Source: Octopus sinensis (Eukaryota). Taken from it: 64,000 nucleotides of DNA. A model generated the notes under the pieces. That model had not been told where the DNA came from and ran no database searches. It saw nothing but the letters and a program-made list of their open reading frames with translations. A program made the position numbers and the translations under genes. The number at the start of each line of letters is the position of its first letter. Position 1 is the stretch's first letter. This document shows positions 11,731 through 24,392 of the stretch, in pieces. The DNA is taken from assembly GCF_006345805.1 (NCBI RefSeq), contig NC_043011.1:5766001-5830000 (forward strand). Direction: 5' to 3'.

Positions 11731-12385
11731 TCTACAACCACCATCACCATTATCACTATCATTGTCATCATCTTCATATGTCCCACTGCTATCATCACCA
11801 CCATCACCACCATCAGCATCATAAGCACCACTGCCGCCACCACCACCATCAGTAGCCAATTAAAGAGCTTCTTTGATGATTCAGCCTCCTAGAAATGGCA
11901 GCCAAACTTCCCACAAATCATAGTTTGTCTTAACAAAAGGGTGAAGGACACACATTAGAAAGAGAGTGTACAGTTGAAATGTCTGCTTCAAACCGTATAG
12001 CTTAGGGTTCAATTCCATGGAGCAGCACCTTGTCTCCTAATGAAGCCCCAGGTTTATCAATACAGTGTAACAGGAATTTGGTAGGCAGAAACTGTGTGGA
12101 AGCCCATTGTGTGTGTTTATATGTGTGTGTGTGTGTATGTGTTTCGCCAATGTATGCCAGCAAGGAAACTGAAATCCCAAGGATTTTTAAATGAAGTTTG
12201 TTCCTTCATTCATTCAAAAGCCAAGCCTCTTCAAATGAACTTCATTTGACATCAGTCTTATCAGTCTTTTTTGTTGAACCACTAAGTTACAGGGATGTAA
12301 ATACACCAATACTGGTTGTCAAACAGTGGCAGAGGCACAAACACAGACACACACACATAAACATATGCCTATGTGTATATACCTA

Positions 12386-12425
<40 letters not shown>

Positions 12426-12653
12426 CTTTATTTAAAGCAGCAGAAAATTCAACAAAACCTGTTACTCTGAGTTTCCCGTTGCCGTTCATCGGACAGTTTT
12501 TGCTAGAATGGAACCGATATGTCAATTCTATCCGATATGTCAATTCTGGATAGAATTGACATTTCGGTTCCATTCTAGCAAAACTGTCCGATGAACGGCA
12601 CGGGAAACTCAGAGTAACAGGTTTTGTTGAATTTTCTGCTGCTTTAAATAAAG
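12426..12653. repeat. Near-perfect ~228 bp palindrome made of two inverted Penelope-like terminal fragments
   Basis: Arms 12426-12533 and 12548-12653, 14-nt spacer. Each arm has a CCGATGA..GAAACTC hammerhead-like core; (TA)n on both flanks. The Penelope assignment is inference. Confidence 0.85.
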
Positions 12654-12722
12654 CATACTACTCTACCACTGGTATTTGAGTACTCTTTTTTCCACCTTGT
12701 TTCACATTTATGCGTTTACTCC

Positions 12723-12778
<56 letters not shown>

Positions 12779-13304
12779 CATACATACACACACACATACA
12801 ACAGGCTTCTGTCAGTTTCTGTCAATCAAATTCATTCACAAAGTTTTGATCAGCCAAAGGCTATAGCAGAAGACACTTGCCCAAAGTGCCACACAGTGGG
12901 ATTGAACCTGGAACCATGTGGTTGGGAGGCAAACTTCTTACCACAAAGCCAATTGAAACCTTCCAGATTTTCTTTAATCCCTTCTCAGTTGTGTTCGAAA
13001 GAACCCTCTCAAAGTATTTGTAGATGGAGAAAGTTTGTTTCATTAGAATCTCTCTCTAAATTCTTGATTGTTTTCGAAACTAATTGAATCCTATATGCAA
13101 ATGTATTTTGTTAAGAATAAGGGATCCAAAGCAGAGTGAACCCCCTCAATCAGATAAGTCCCTGCAACTTGACAGCAGATGATGTGGTTCAGCAACACTG
13201 TGTGCCAAAACAAAAAAAAAAAAAGAAAGAAAAAGACAGGAGTGGGGGGGCACAGGGTCAGAAACAATTAAAAAAAGAGCAAGGAAGAGAGAGGGGGAGT
13301 GATG

Positions 13305-13340
<36 letters not shown>

Positions 13341-14619
13341 GTGGGTGGATGGGTTGAGAGTGTTTAGGAGCTGGTAAGTAGCTTAAGAAAGAAGCTTGAT
13401 GCAAAAGCTAGGCTGGCCTACCCTGCCGAAATCAAGCATGGGGTGTTTGGTTTATTGAATAGCAACTCTACAATTGTAATGTCAACATAACCCATAATTT
13501 AGGAAGAAGAAAGCAAGAGAGAAGCTGAGTGTATGGCAGCAACGACCTGCTTAATATCCCAACTTGTACCGTAAGAACAGCAGCTTACACAGTTTTAAGA
13601 CTCTCTGCAGTCTTAAAACTATGACACAATATCAATGGAACCCAGAACAAGTTATCAAGTTGGCATTTTGTAGGGGGTTTGATAAGGTAGCCGCTTTTTA
13701 GTGGGTTTGATAAGGTAGCCGCTTTTTAGTGGGTTTTTTTTCTTCTTAGGGTTACTTTTTATCCTTCTTTTATGTTCTAACACATTTACACTCCCACACA
13801 GATATACATGTACCCCTTGATACACATAGACATACACATATACATACACATGCACTTTCTTATACAACATTGATAGTGTCTGGAACAGCCAAAACACATG
13901 TAAGTTTAAGAAGAAAAAAACAGCAAAAAATGTTTGTAAAATTGGTACATTCTTCTTTCAGTTTGACTGGGTGCAGGCAATCTTCCCTCCTCTCACTCTC
14001 CATCCATACACACACACACACACACACACACGCAGTGTACATTATTCGTAAGTTGTTTACACACATCATGGGTCAACAAGAACATGCATTCATCCAAGTG
14101 AGGCTCCCTATTCATTAAACATCTGTCATTAAAGACCCTCACCCGACACAAGTGGATTTATGGAGGATTTAAAAGTAGTTGACCAAAACACAGTTGTTCA
14201 GACAGGTGGGATTATTGAAGTCTGATTACATTATACGTAATACCAGACAGGTGTAGATGTCTGATATTAATGGTGGTGGTGGTGGTGGTGGTGGGGTAGT
14301 GGTGGTTGTTTAACCCTGGGTTAGCCCTATTCCAGAAGACCTGCAAGTAAATCTATTTTATGAATGACAGCTGATCACAACCCTTTTTTTTTGTTCAGAT
14401 ACTGTCCTTACAATTACGTTGGCCAACATAGAAGAGGATGTGACTCAGAGGCAGAGTAGGCTGCTGTTTCTTTCTAGGATGCAAACACAAATTCCAGCAC
14501 ACAGGGCCATACTGACTCCATGAAGAAGGCTGTGAAACAGCTGTAACCCTAAGGAAGTCAAGTAGTCAAATATATTTCTCCCTCATATATCTTGACTTTT
14601 TATGGTTTTTATATTTATA

Positions 14620-15219
14620 GCGGTGAGCTGGAAGAACTGGTAGCACGCCAGGTGAAATGCTTAGCGGTATTTCGTCTGCCGCTACGTTCTGAGTTCAAAT
14701 TCCGCCAAGGTCGACTTTGCCTTTCATCCTTTCGGGGTCAATTAAATAAGTACCAGTTATGCACTGGGGATCAATATAATCAACTTAATCCGTTTGTCTG
14801 TCCTTGTTCATCCCCTCTGTGTTTAGTTCCTTGTGGGTAAAGTAATAGAAATAGGTATTTCGTCTGCCGTTACGTCCTAGTTCAAATTCCACCGAGGTCG
14901 ACTTTGCCTTTCATCCTTTCGGGGTCAATTAAATAAGTACCAGTTACGCACTGGGGTCGATGTAATCGACTTAATCCCTTTGTCTGTCCTTGTTTGTCCT
15001 CTCTGTGTTTAGCCCCTTGTGGGTAGTAAAGAAATAGGTATTTCGTCTCCCGTTATGTTCTGAGTTCAAATTCCGGCGAGGTCAACTTTGCTTTCATCCT
15101 TTGGAGGTCAATTAAATAAGTACCAGTTACGCACTGGGGTCGATGTAATCGACTTAATCCGTTTGTCTGTGCTTGTTTGTCCTCTCTGTGTTTAGAACTT
15201 TGTGGGTAGTAAAGAAATA
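14620..15219 (+). mobile_element. SINE family B head-to-tail trimer (tail type 1)
   Basis: One tRNA-like head (A box TGGAAGAACTGGTAG, B box GAGTTCAAATTCC), then units starting at 14856 and 15039 (period 183) joined as AAATA|GGTATTTCG. Confidence 0.88.
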
Positions 15220-15225
15220 TATATT

Positions 15226-15271
<46 letters not shown>

Positions 15272-17099
15272 TATGTGCACACATCACAGTCATTGCTTGG
15301 ATGTCTACTTTCCTTGCTTAGATGGTTCGGACAGAATCCGATGCGGATGCTCTTCCTGCCACCATCTTCAAATTTGCAATGAAGCTAATATTTCCTCCAT
15401 TGCCAAGCATCATCATCATCATCATCATCATCGTTTAACGTCCGCTTTCCATGCTAGCATGGGTCGGACCGATTTCGACTGAGGACTGACGAACCAGATG
15501 GCTGCACCAGGCTCCAATCTTGATCTGACAGAGTTTCTACAGCTGGATGCCCTTCCTAACGCCAACCACTCCGTGAGTGTAGTGAATGCTTTTTGGTTTT
15601 ACAAAAAAATTAGAAGCAAAGAATACCAGTCTTATGCAGGGGGGGTAAGGTTCATTTACAATTGTTACAACAGGGAGACAAACACACACACATGTACATG
15701 ACAGGCTTCCTTTTAGTTTCCATCGATCCATTCCACTCACAAGACCATGGTAGAAGACACTTGCCTGAGGTGTTGTGCAGTGGGACTGAACCCAGAACCA
15801 CGCAGTTGGAAAACAAACTTTCTAACCACCGAGCCTTGCAGAGAGAGCGAGGGGGGAGGGAGAGAGAGAAAGGAGATAAGAGGAGAGAAAATAGAGGGGG
15901 TGAGGATGAGGGATGTAGGGGGGAGGTAGCCAGACATGGAGTGTGTAAGCGGGAGGGGGGGTAGACTGAGGTAGTGTAAAGAAGTAGCATGAGGTATAAG
16001 TTCAGGGGTACGCAGCAGTTTAGGGGTAGTGTGAGGTGACTGTTAATGAGTCAGCCGGTTGTTGGACTCCTGAGTCATTAATAATCTAACGACAGCTTAA
16101 TCAACATAACTGAGAATGACTTAGATATGAAAGACTATCTCTTTGTGGTGGGGGGGGAGTCGGTGGTGTGGTCATTATAATCACATTCATCATTGTCTTT
16201 GAATCAGCAGCAGCAGCAGTAAGTAATATCACCATCATCATCATCATCATCATCATCATTGGTGTTGTCATCAACAATGAGGGAGCCCCCCACGTGATCA
16301 TTCAATCTCCTAGAAATAGCAGCCAAGTCAACCTCAACCACACCTCACCTTCGAAGACACATTCCAACAATGATGTGATGGTCAAGGCTGGAATGTCATA
16401 CATAGGTCTTCTTGCTCAATCAGGACCAACTGCGGATAAGCACCATTAATCACCACCAACTCTATCCAAGCAAATGTGGAAGCCTTTAAACAGTTGCTTA
16501 ACCTGCGAGAAATAAGCAGATTTCCCTTAAATCGCACAAACCTTCTTCAGACAAAAAGGGGACACTGGAGAATAATGTCCACCTAAATACACTGAGGAGT
16601 GGTGATGGTGGTGGTGGTGGTGGTAGTAGCAATCATCGTTCTCCTTTCTACTCTAAGCACAAGGCTTGGAATTTTGGAGAAGTATGGTAGTTGGTTATGT
16701 CGATCCCGCCAGTACTTGATTGTACTTTATTTTATTGATTCAGAAAGGATGAAAGGCAAAGATGGACAGGTGGAAATTGAATTCAGAACCTAAAGACAGA
16801 GACGCTAAGTATTGATGCTAAGTTATCGGTACCAATGATTCTGCCTTGGTTGTAGTCATAATAATAATGCTTCAACTTCGGTGACAGTCATAAGACTTTG
16901 GATAGAAAACTTAGAGAGAAAGAGTAAGAGTGTGTGTGAGTGAGTGAGAGAATGAAAAGTGCTTAAGCTATTACTCCTTAACAGCCAAAGTTCTATGATA
17001 AAATGCCCAATAGCATACACAAAGCTATTTAAGAAGGAAAACAAGAATATGACTTTTAGGTAGACATTCCACGGAGAGAATGGGGGAGAGTGAGAGGGG

Positions 17100-17211
17100 A
17101 GGTAGGTAGGTTGGTAGGTAGGTAGGTAGGTAGGTAGGTAGGTATGTAGGTAGGTACAGAAGATAGATAGGTAGATAGATAGATAAATAGATAGATAGAT
17201 ACATAGACAGG

Positions 17212-17253
<42 letters not shown>

Positions 17254-17263
17254 CATAGACAGG

Positions 17264-17323
<60 letters not shown>

Positions 17324-17344
17324 CAGACAGGTAGATAGACAGAC

Positions 17345-17376
<32 letters not shown>

Positions 17377-17450
17377 TTAGACAAGACAGACAGACAGATA
17401 GATAGATAAATAAGTAGATATAGATAGACAAGCAGACAGACAGACAGACA
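17100..17450. repeat. Compound (GGTA)n/(GATA)n/(GACA)n/(GA)n microsatellite
   Basis: Directly visible. Confidence 0.95.
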
Positions 17451-19065
17451 GCTTTATGGCTGGATTGAGAGGCAGGTAGAGATTGATAGAGATAAAGTGA
17501 AGAGTTAGTCAGAAACAGATACAATCCTCCATAGATAGACGGATGGAGAGATAGAAATATTGAACAATTTACTTTATAGAAGGAGATGTTGAGAGATGAG
17601 TGTTGTCAAGGTGGGAGGGGGGGTAGATAGAGAGAAGAACTTTTGGGAAAATATTGCTTTCAGAGATCAGAGCTGAAGGAAAATAGTGTGGGAGTGAGGT
17701 GGTGGTGGGGCAAAGGAAAGTAAGAAGAAATTGGAATGAAAAAAACCGTGTGTGAGGGGAGGGGGCTCTGGGTTGTAATACATACGGTAACTCTAGTATT
17801 ACTGGAGATGGTACAGCAATTCTAAATGGCATAACAAGGTTTGGCTTAAATATAGGAAGGTACGGGTTGGGTGGGTGGGGGCGGGGGCACTAAAAAGTTT
17901 GTGTACCGTTTTAATTTTTTTGTTTTGTTGGGTTTTTTTTTAGCTGTAATTATTTATGCTGTTTCCTTTTTGGTTGTGATTTTAAGATTATTTATTTATT
18001 TGTTAGTTTCTGTGTTGTTGTTCTTGTTGTTGTTGTTTGGTCAGGTTGTGCCATAAGCAATAATGGTAAACAAATTCCAGGAGTTGTTTACTTCGTTGTG
18101 AACCAAGAGGAAATGAGAGAAATGGGAAGAAGTTTTGTAACTTTAATTATATATGTATATATATCATATGCATATATATATATATCATACACACACACGT
18201 GTGTGTGTATAATATGCATGTATATATATACATACACACACACACATATATATATATATATACAATGCAAATTGAAATACAGAATGACATCAGAAGTAAG
18301 AAAGACAGGACAACGGTTCACACCTGACCTTGTATTTCTATATTTTAGGGGTTAATAACTCTTTATCTATTTCTTTACTACCCACAAAGGGCTAAAGACG
18401 GAGGGGACAAACTAGGACAAATGGATTAAGTTGATTACATTGACCCCAGTGCGCAACTGGTACTTAATTTATCGACCCTGAAAGGATGAAAGGCAAAGTT
18501 GACCTCGGTGGAATTTGAACTCAGAACGCAGCGGCAGACGAAATGCCGCAAAGCATTTCGCCCTGCCATTTTCAAGAGAAAATGGCAAATGATGACAAAC
18601 TGGTATTTTTTGCTCTGAAACTGCACTACACTTTCTTTATATATTAACTAAATCAAGGCTGGCAAAACATAAACAAGACACCTACAGCTCTAAAACTTTA
18701 TATAATGTCTAGCACCATTTGAGCATGGTCGTTGCCGGTGGCACGTAAAAAAAGTACCATTTGAGTGTGGTCATTGCCAGTGCGGCTGGACTGGCTCCTG
18801 TGCAGGTGGCACGTAAAAAGCATCATTTGAACGTGGCTGATGCCAGTACCACCTGACTGACCCTCGTGCTGGTGGCATGTAAAAGCACCCACTACACTCT
18901 GGTGTTAGGAAGGGCATTCAGTTGTAGAAACTTTGCCAAATCAGATTGGAGACTGGTGCAGCCTCCTGGCTTGCTGGCCCTCAGTCAAACCGTTCAACCC
19001 ATGCCAGCATGGAAAGCAGACATTAAAAGATGATGATGATATATATATATATATATATATGTGTG

Positions 19066-19112
<47 letters not shown>

Positions 19113-19175
19113 ATTTGATTTTGATTTTTCCAGTTTCAGCTTATGAGCTGTGGCCATGCTGGGGCACCGCCATTT

Positions 19176-19216
<41 letters not shown>

Positions 19217-20084
19217 AATCATAGGCGCAAAGTGGCTGTGTGGTAAGAAGCTTGCTTCCAACCATATGGTTCCAGGTTCAGTCCCACCATCGCTTGACAA
19301 CTGATGCTGGTGTGTTTATGTCCCCATATATATATATATATATTATTTATATATGTATGTAAATACAAATTTGTTACCAGTTCAAATATACTGGAGACAT
19401 AGTCAAACCTGTTAAGAAAACTTTTTACTGCATTTTGTCACAAAGGAAAATTACAGCAACAATTTTTCCTCGTGAATATGTTTATTCATATAGAATACCA
19501 TATAGGTAATAATAATGTTAGTCTGAAGAAATGAAGGAAATTTTCATTAGTTTAAGTATACACAGGTGCGGAAAGTCTTCAAATTTTCAAAGGGAATGGA
19601 ATAAAAGTAGAATATTTGTTATTACATTTAACAAATTTTTCATCTCCCACTTGAGAATGTGTCCCTACTCCCTACAGGTACCAGTAACAGAGGATATTAT
19701 ACATGGTAATTCAATTTGCTAGAAATAACAACGAAATCTTCCCAAATACACCCTTTCATTTTTCAAACAAAGCACACAGCTGGATAATGTAAAAACAGGC
19801 TGCAGAATTCTTGATAACAAGGGCAGGAAGGTCATGGCTGTAATGTCTTTCATGAAAGATGTGCTCTATGGAAGAGGTTGACCTAGGGCTAAACAACCAC
19901 CCCACCACCACCACCACCATCATCACTCTTCTATTGTTTCCTTTATATGTCACACAGTTCAATCCTTTTCTTCCTGTGAATGCCATACTAGGGCTCTGCT
20001 ATGTCAATAAAAGTAGAGGTGGGGACACATTCAATTATGTGTTCTTAGTCATCCAATGTCACACCCATTATTATTGTTGTGGTG

Positions 20085-20119
<35 letters not shown>

Positions 20120-20279
20120 TACTACATAGTAGTCCAGAATCTCTAATCAACCCCCCCCCCCCCGGAAACTCTGTCTTCTTATTTTTCAAAACATTTCCAG
20201 TTTATCATACACACCTTCTCTCTTCCTTCATCCATCCATCTATCCATACACACACACACACACATATGTGTATGCACGT

Positions 20280-20905
20280 GCAAACACATGTATATATATA
20301 TATATTATATATATACATACACACACACACACATAGTCACCAATATATCTGTATATGCCCAATAATGTTCATCTAAGTCATGCTAGTATAGAAAATGATG
20401 TGTACATATATGTATAAATATATAAACACACACACATGCAGACATATATATATACACACACATACATGCATGCATACATATACACATACACATTTATATA
20501 CATACACACACACACATCTATATACATATATATATATACACATATATCCATACACACATCTATATACATATATACACAAATACACACACATCTATATACA
20601 TATATACACAAACACACACACACATTTATATACATAGATATACACAAATACACACATCTATATACATATACACACATATCTATATACATATACACACGCA
20701 AATACATACACATCTATATACATATACACACACAAATACACACACATCTATATACATATACACACACACATCTATATACATACACACACATCTATACACA
20801 CAAACACACATCTATACACTCAAACACACACACACACATCTATATACACAAACACACACACAATCTATATACATTATATATCTATATATCTCTCTATATA
20901 TATAC
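20280..20905. repeat. CA/TA-rich minisatellite (cacacatctatatacatata-like unit)
   Basis: Directly visible. Confidence 0.9.
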
Positions 20906-22659
20906 GTAAGTGCAGAGGTGGCTTCTTACATTCCACTCCATTTATTATACATGAACACTATTAGACTGTAATATCATAATTGGTATTTATCTGAAGGTTA
21001 CTCAGTGCAAGATGGCATGGTTGGGTGGGGGTGAGCAGTTAGCACAAGGTGGTGGGGTGGGACATGGATGTTTGAAAATATGTCTTCTGTGTGTGTGTGT
21101 GTGTGTGTGCTCTTTTGTTATCATGATACTTTTGTAAGTAAACTGATAAATAGATAGACTGGCAGAGGGTGAAGTGCATTTACTATACATCTATCCACCC
21201 TAGCACCATCATCATTGTCATCATCATCGTAGTATTGCATTGGGTGTTTTTAATGTTTTTGATTTTATTTCCCACTGCTACCCCATCTCTTCATCCTCCA
21301 CCCTCCTCCATTCCGCATTTCTTTCATCAGCAATCCAATCAGTCTAATCATCCGGGGTGTCATCGTCATCATCATCATCCCAATTATCATCATTGTCATC
21401 GTCAGTATTGCTTGCACCAGTTGTAACAGCTATCATCATCATCATCAACAACAACAACATCGTTCCCACTAATGACATCAACAGCACCACCACGATCACC
21501 ACCACCACTTATACCAACACCACTACCACCAAAACTATTGAAATATGAGGGTGGGGAATGGAAGAAAAAGTCGATGAAACATGTTTGATCTTTCACTAGA
21601 CTTACAAAACCAACTTCTACCAACAGACACACAAAAAAATAAAGATTGCAAAATATGTGAATTTCTGTACTTATTTAACCCAACCTAACAAGATTCCCTG
21701 CATTTCCAATAGTGACAAGGAGAGTGCTTGAATAACTTGGGCAGTGCAGGCATGGCTGTGTGGTGAGAAGCTTGCTTACCAACCACATGGTTCCGGTTTC
21801 AGTCCCACTGTACGGCACCTTGGCCAAGTGTCTTCTACTACAGCCTCAGGCTGACTAAAGCCTTGTGGGTAAATTTGGTAGATAGAAACTGAAAGAAGCC
21901 TGTTAAATGTATATACATGTGTGTGTGTGTGTGTGTGCGTGTGTGTTCCCCACCACCACTGTTGGTGTGTTTACATCTCCATAACTTAGCAGTTCATCAA
22001 AAGGAACCAATAGAATAAATACCAGGCTTATAGAAAAAAATAAGTCGCAAGGGTCAATTCATCTGACCAAAAATTCTTCAAGGTGGTGCCCCAGCATGGC
22101 CGCAATCTAATGGCTGAAGCAAGTAAAAGATACATCCTGGGTATGACCTGAAACTGCATTTGGTAGCAGGGGCCCTGATACTGGAATCACAGGGGTCTGA
22201 AGGGGGTGGAACCATCTCTTAGCCACTGTTGTTCCTAGGGCTATTCTGACCCAGAGCAGTGACACTTGTCAGGGTCTCAGCTGTAGGCTGAGTACCATCT
22301 AAACCATTGAGAGTGAAGCCTCACCCCCTAATTCTTGTTAGAACTTCCTTCTAAGACAAAAGTAAACTCATAAAAAACCTCAGAAGCACAGCTGGTTTCT
22401 GTTCGTCTCAACCTCTGTTCTGCCCCTGGTTTTAGAGCTGACCACACTCAAAAGGTGTGGCTGAGAAACACTTTATTCACTCTAAACAAACTCATGCATG
22501 AGAACTTCTTGGACTCTCGGAACTTTTGCATGGAATTATTGAGCTGAAGAAGTGGTCTTGTTTGGTCAGGAGTTGACCTCCACCATATGTACATAAATAT
22601 ATATGTATATGTGTGTATATGTATATGTATATATTGTGACCTTATGTGTACCATTGGCG

Positions 22660-22962
<303 letters not shown>

Positions 22963-23172
22963 CATATGTATGTGTGCAAGAGAGAGAGAAAGGAGGGAGG
23001 AGGAGGAATGATCATGCTGAACTGGAGAGTGCAAATAAATCACCAAACTGTGTATGCCAAAATATCAAAGCATTACAATAGTGACGGCTTCCAGTTGTTA
23101 ACTCATTGACATATACATAACATACAAACACACAGAGACAACACACCTGCATACATACAGGCACACACACAC

Positions 23173-23392
23173 ATGATCGGGCGCTGAAAAGTTCCTGGCT
23201 TTGTGTAAAAGAAAATACAGGAGGCTCAATTAATTATGATTTTATTCAACATATTCCTCTTTCAGACTCCTGCACTATTGCAGCAGTCCTTCAGTTTTTC
23301 TAAGCCCTATAAAAGAACTCAGAAGGTGGGGCCTCCAGTTAGGCTTTTTGCAATACCCTTAAAACCAGAAACTTTTCATCCCCCACCTCGTA
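23173..23392. mobile_element. Mariner-derived MITE
   Basis: Imperfect TIR GCGCTGAAAAGTTCCTGGCTT / AAACCAGAAACTTTTCATCCC..CTCG-TA. Confidence 0.7.
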
Positions 23393-23444
23393 TACACATA
23401 CTAGTCACACACACACACCTATATACATATATGTATACATAATA

Positions 23445-23585
23445 TTAGGTTGTCCCAAAAGTTCATAAACACTTACGAAAATTGAATTTTTACTTGCCAA
23501 GTACTAACAAAAACAACAAAAATTATTCCTCAAAATAAAGACCATTATTTTCCAAGACTTTCTACAAACTTTTGGGACAACCTTA
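23445..23585. mobile_element. 141 bp mariner-type MITE with TA target duplication
   Basis: TA|TTAGGTTGTCCCAAAAGTT ... AACTTTTGGGACAACCTTA|TA. Confidence 0.85.
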
Positions 23586-24356
23586 TATATACAGATGTAC
23601 AAGCATATGTATACAGCAACATATGCTGCCATACTGAGAATGATTCACCACTACAACAGTGAAAAGACAGTCCACAAGAAAGGTAAACATACAAGAGTTA
23701 TAATAACTGGAAGAGGTGAGGGGGGGACAAATATTTAGATTGATTATGGCTGGATTAATTAATGATTACATTACAACTATCAGTGTCACTAGTTAATTAC
23801 ATCAGGTGATGACATTAAAATTATTAATACCTGACAAACTGACGAATGGTGAAACTAACAGTCATAGTGTAATCAGTGGCTAACCTAATAATAACCTGAA
23901 GAGCTGACAAATGGTGAAACTAATAGTTGTAGTGTATGGTAAATGTCTAATATTCAGCTTTTTAATGAAATTATTAGAGTTTACATCATCTTATACAGTT
24001 CACTATTGTTTAAAATTACTTTGTTCCATCTTCTGCCTGACAGGCTACTGGATTGAGTTAAATAAAAGGAATGCACTCAACAATTTGTATTGAGTACTAC
24101 TTCTTCCATTTGTGACTACAGACATGCAAGAGTGGTTGAATACTCCACAGACAGGTGTTCCCTTTAAAGAAATTCTCAGGTAGAATCAGCATGATGCAGT
24201 GTGTAACAAGGCTGTACTGTCTGATTACAGATAGAATCTAATTCAAGGGCTTCCTTACAGTTTCCCTCTACTCAGTCTCATTAACAAGGTTCAGTCAATT
24301 CAAGGCTGTAAGAAATTCCATTTGTCCATACTGAGTCTACCAACAGATATGATATA

Positions 24357-24392
<36 letters not shown>

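Noticed and set aside
14505-14550. ATGAAGA-AGGCTGT-GAAACAGCTGTA, hammerhead-like; similar GAAACAGCTGTT at ~56021
   Set aside because: C3 missing and no stem I or II pairing; at 56021 the 5' half of the core is absent.
22140-22330. Hairpin with TGACCC loop and downstream GGGTC (possible pseudoknot)
   Set aside because: Degenerate single copy; no ribozyme fold could be fitted.
23835-23930. CTGACGA-ATGGT-GAAAC-TA with a degenerate duplicate ~70 bp later
   Set aside because: No stem I and a one-pair stem II; a rough estimate suggests such a core can occur by chance in 128 kb of both strands.
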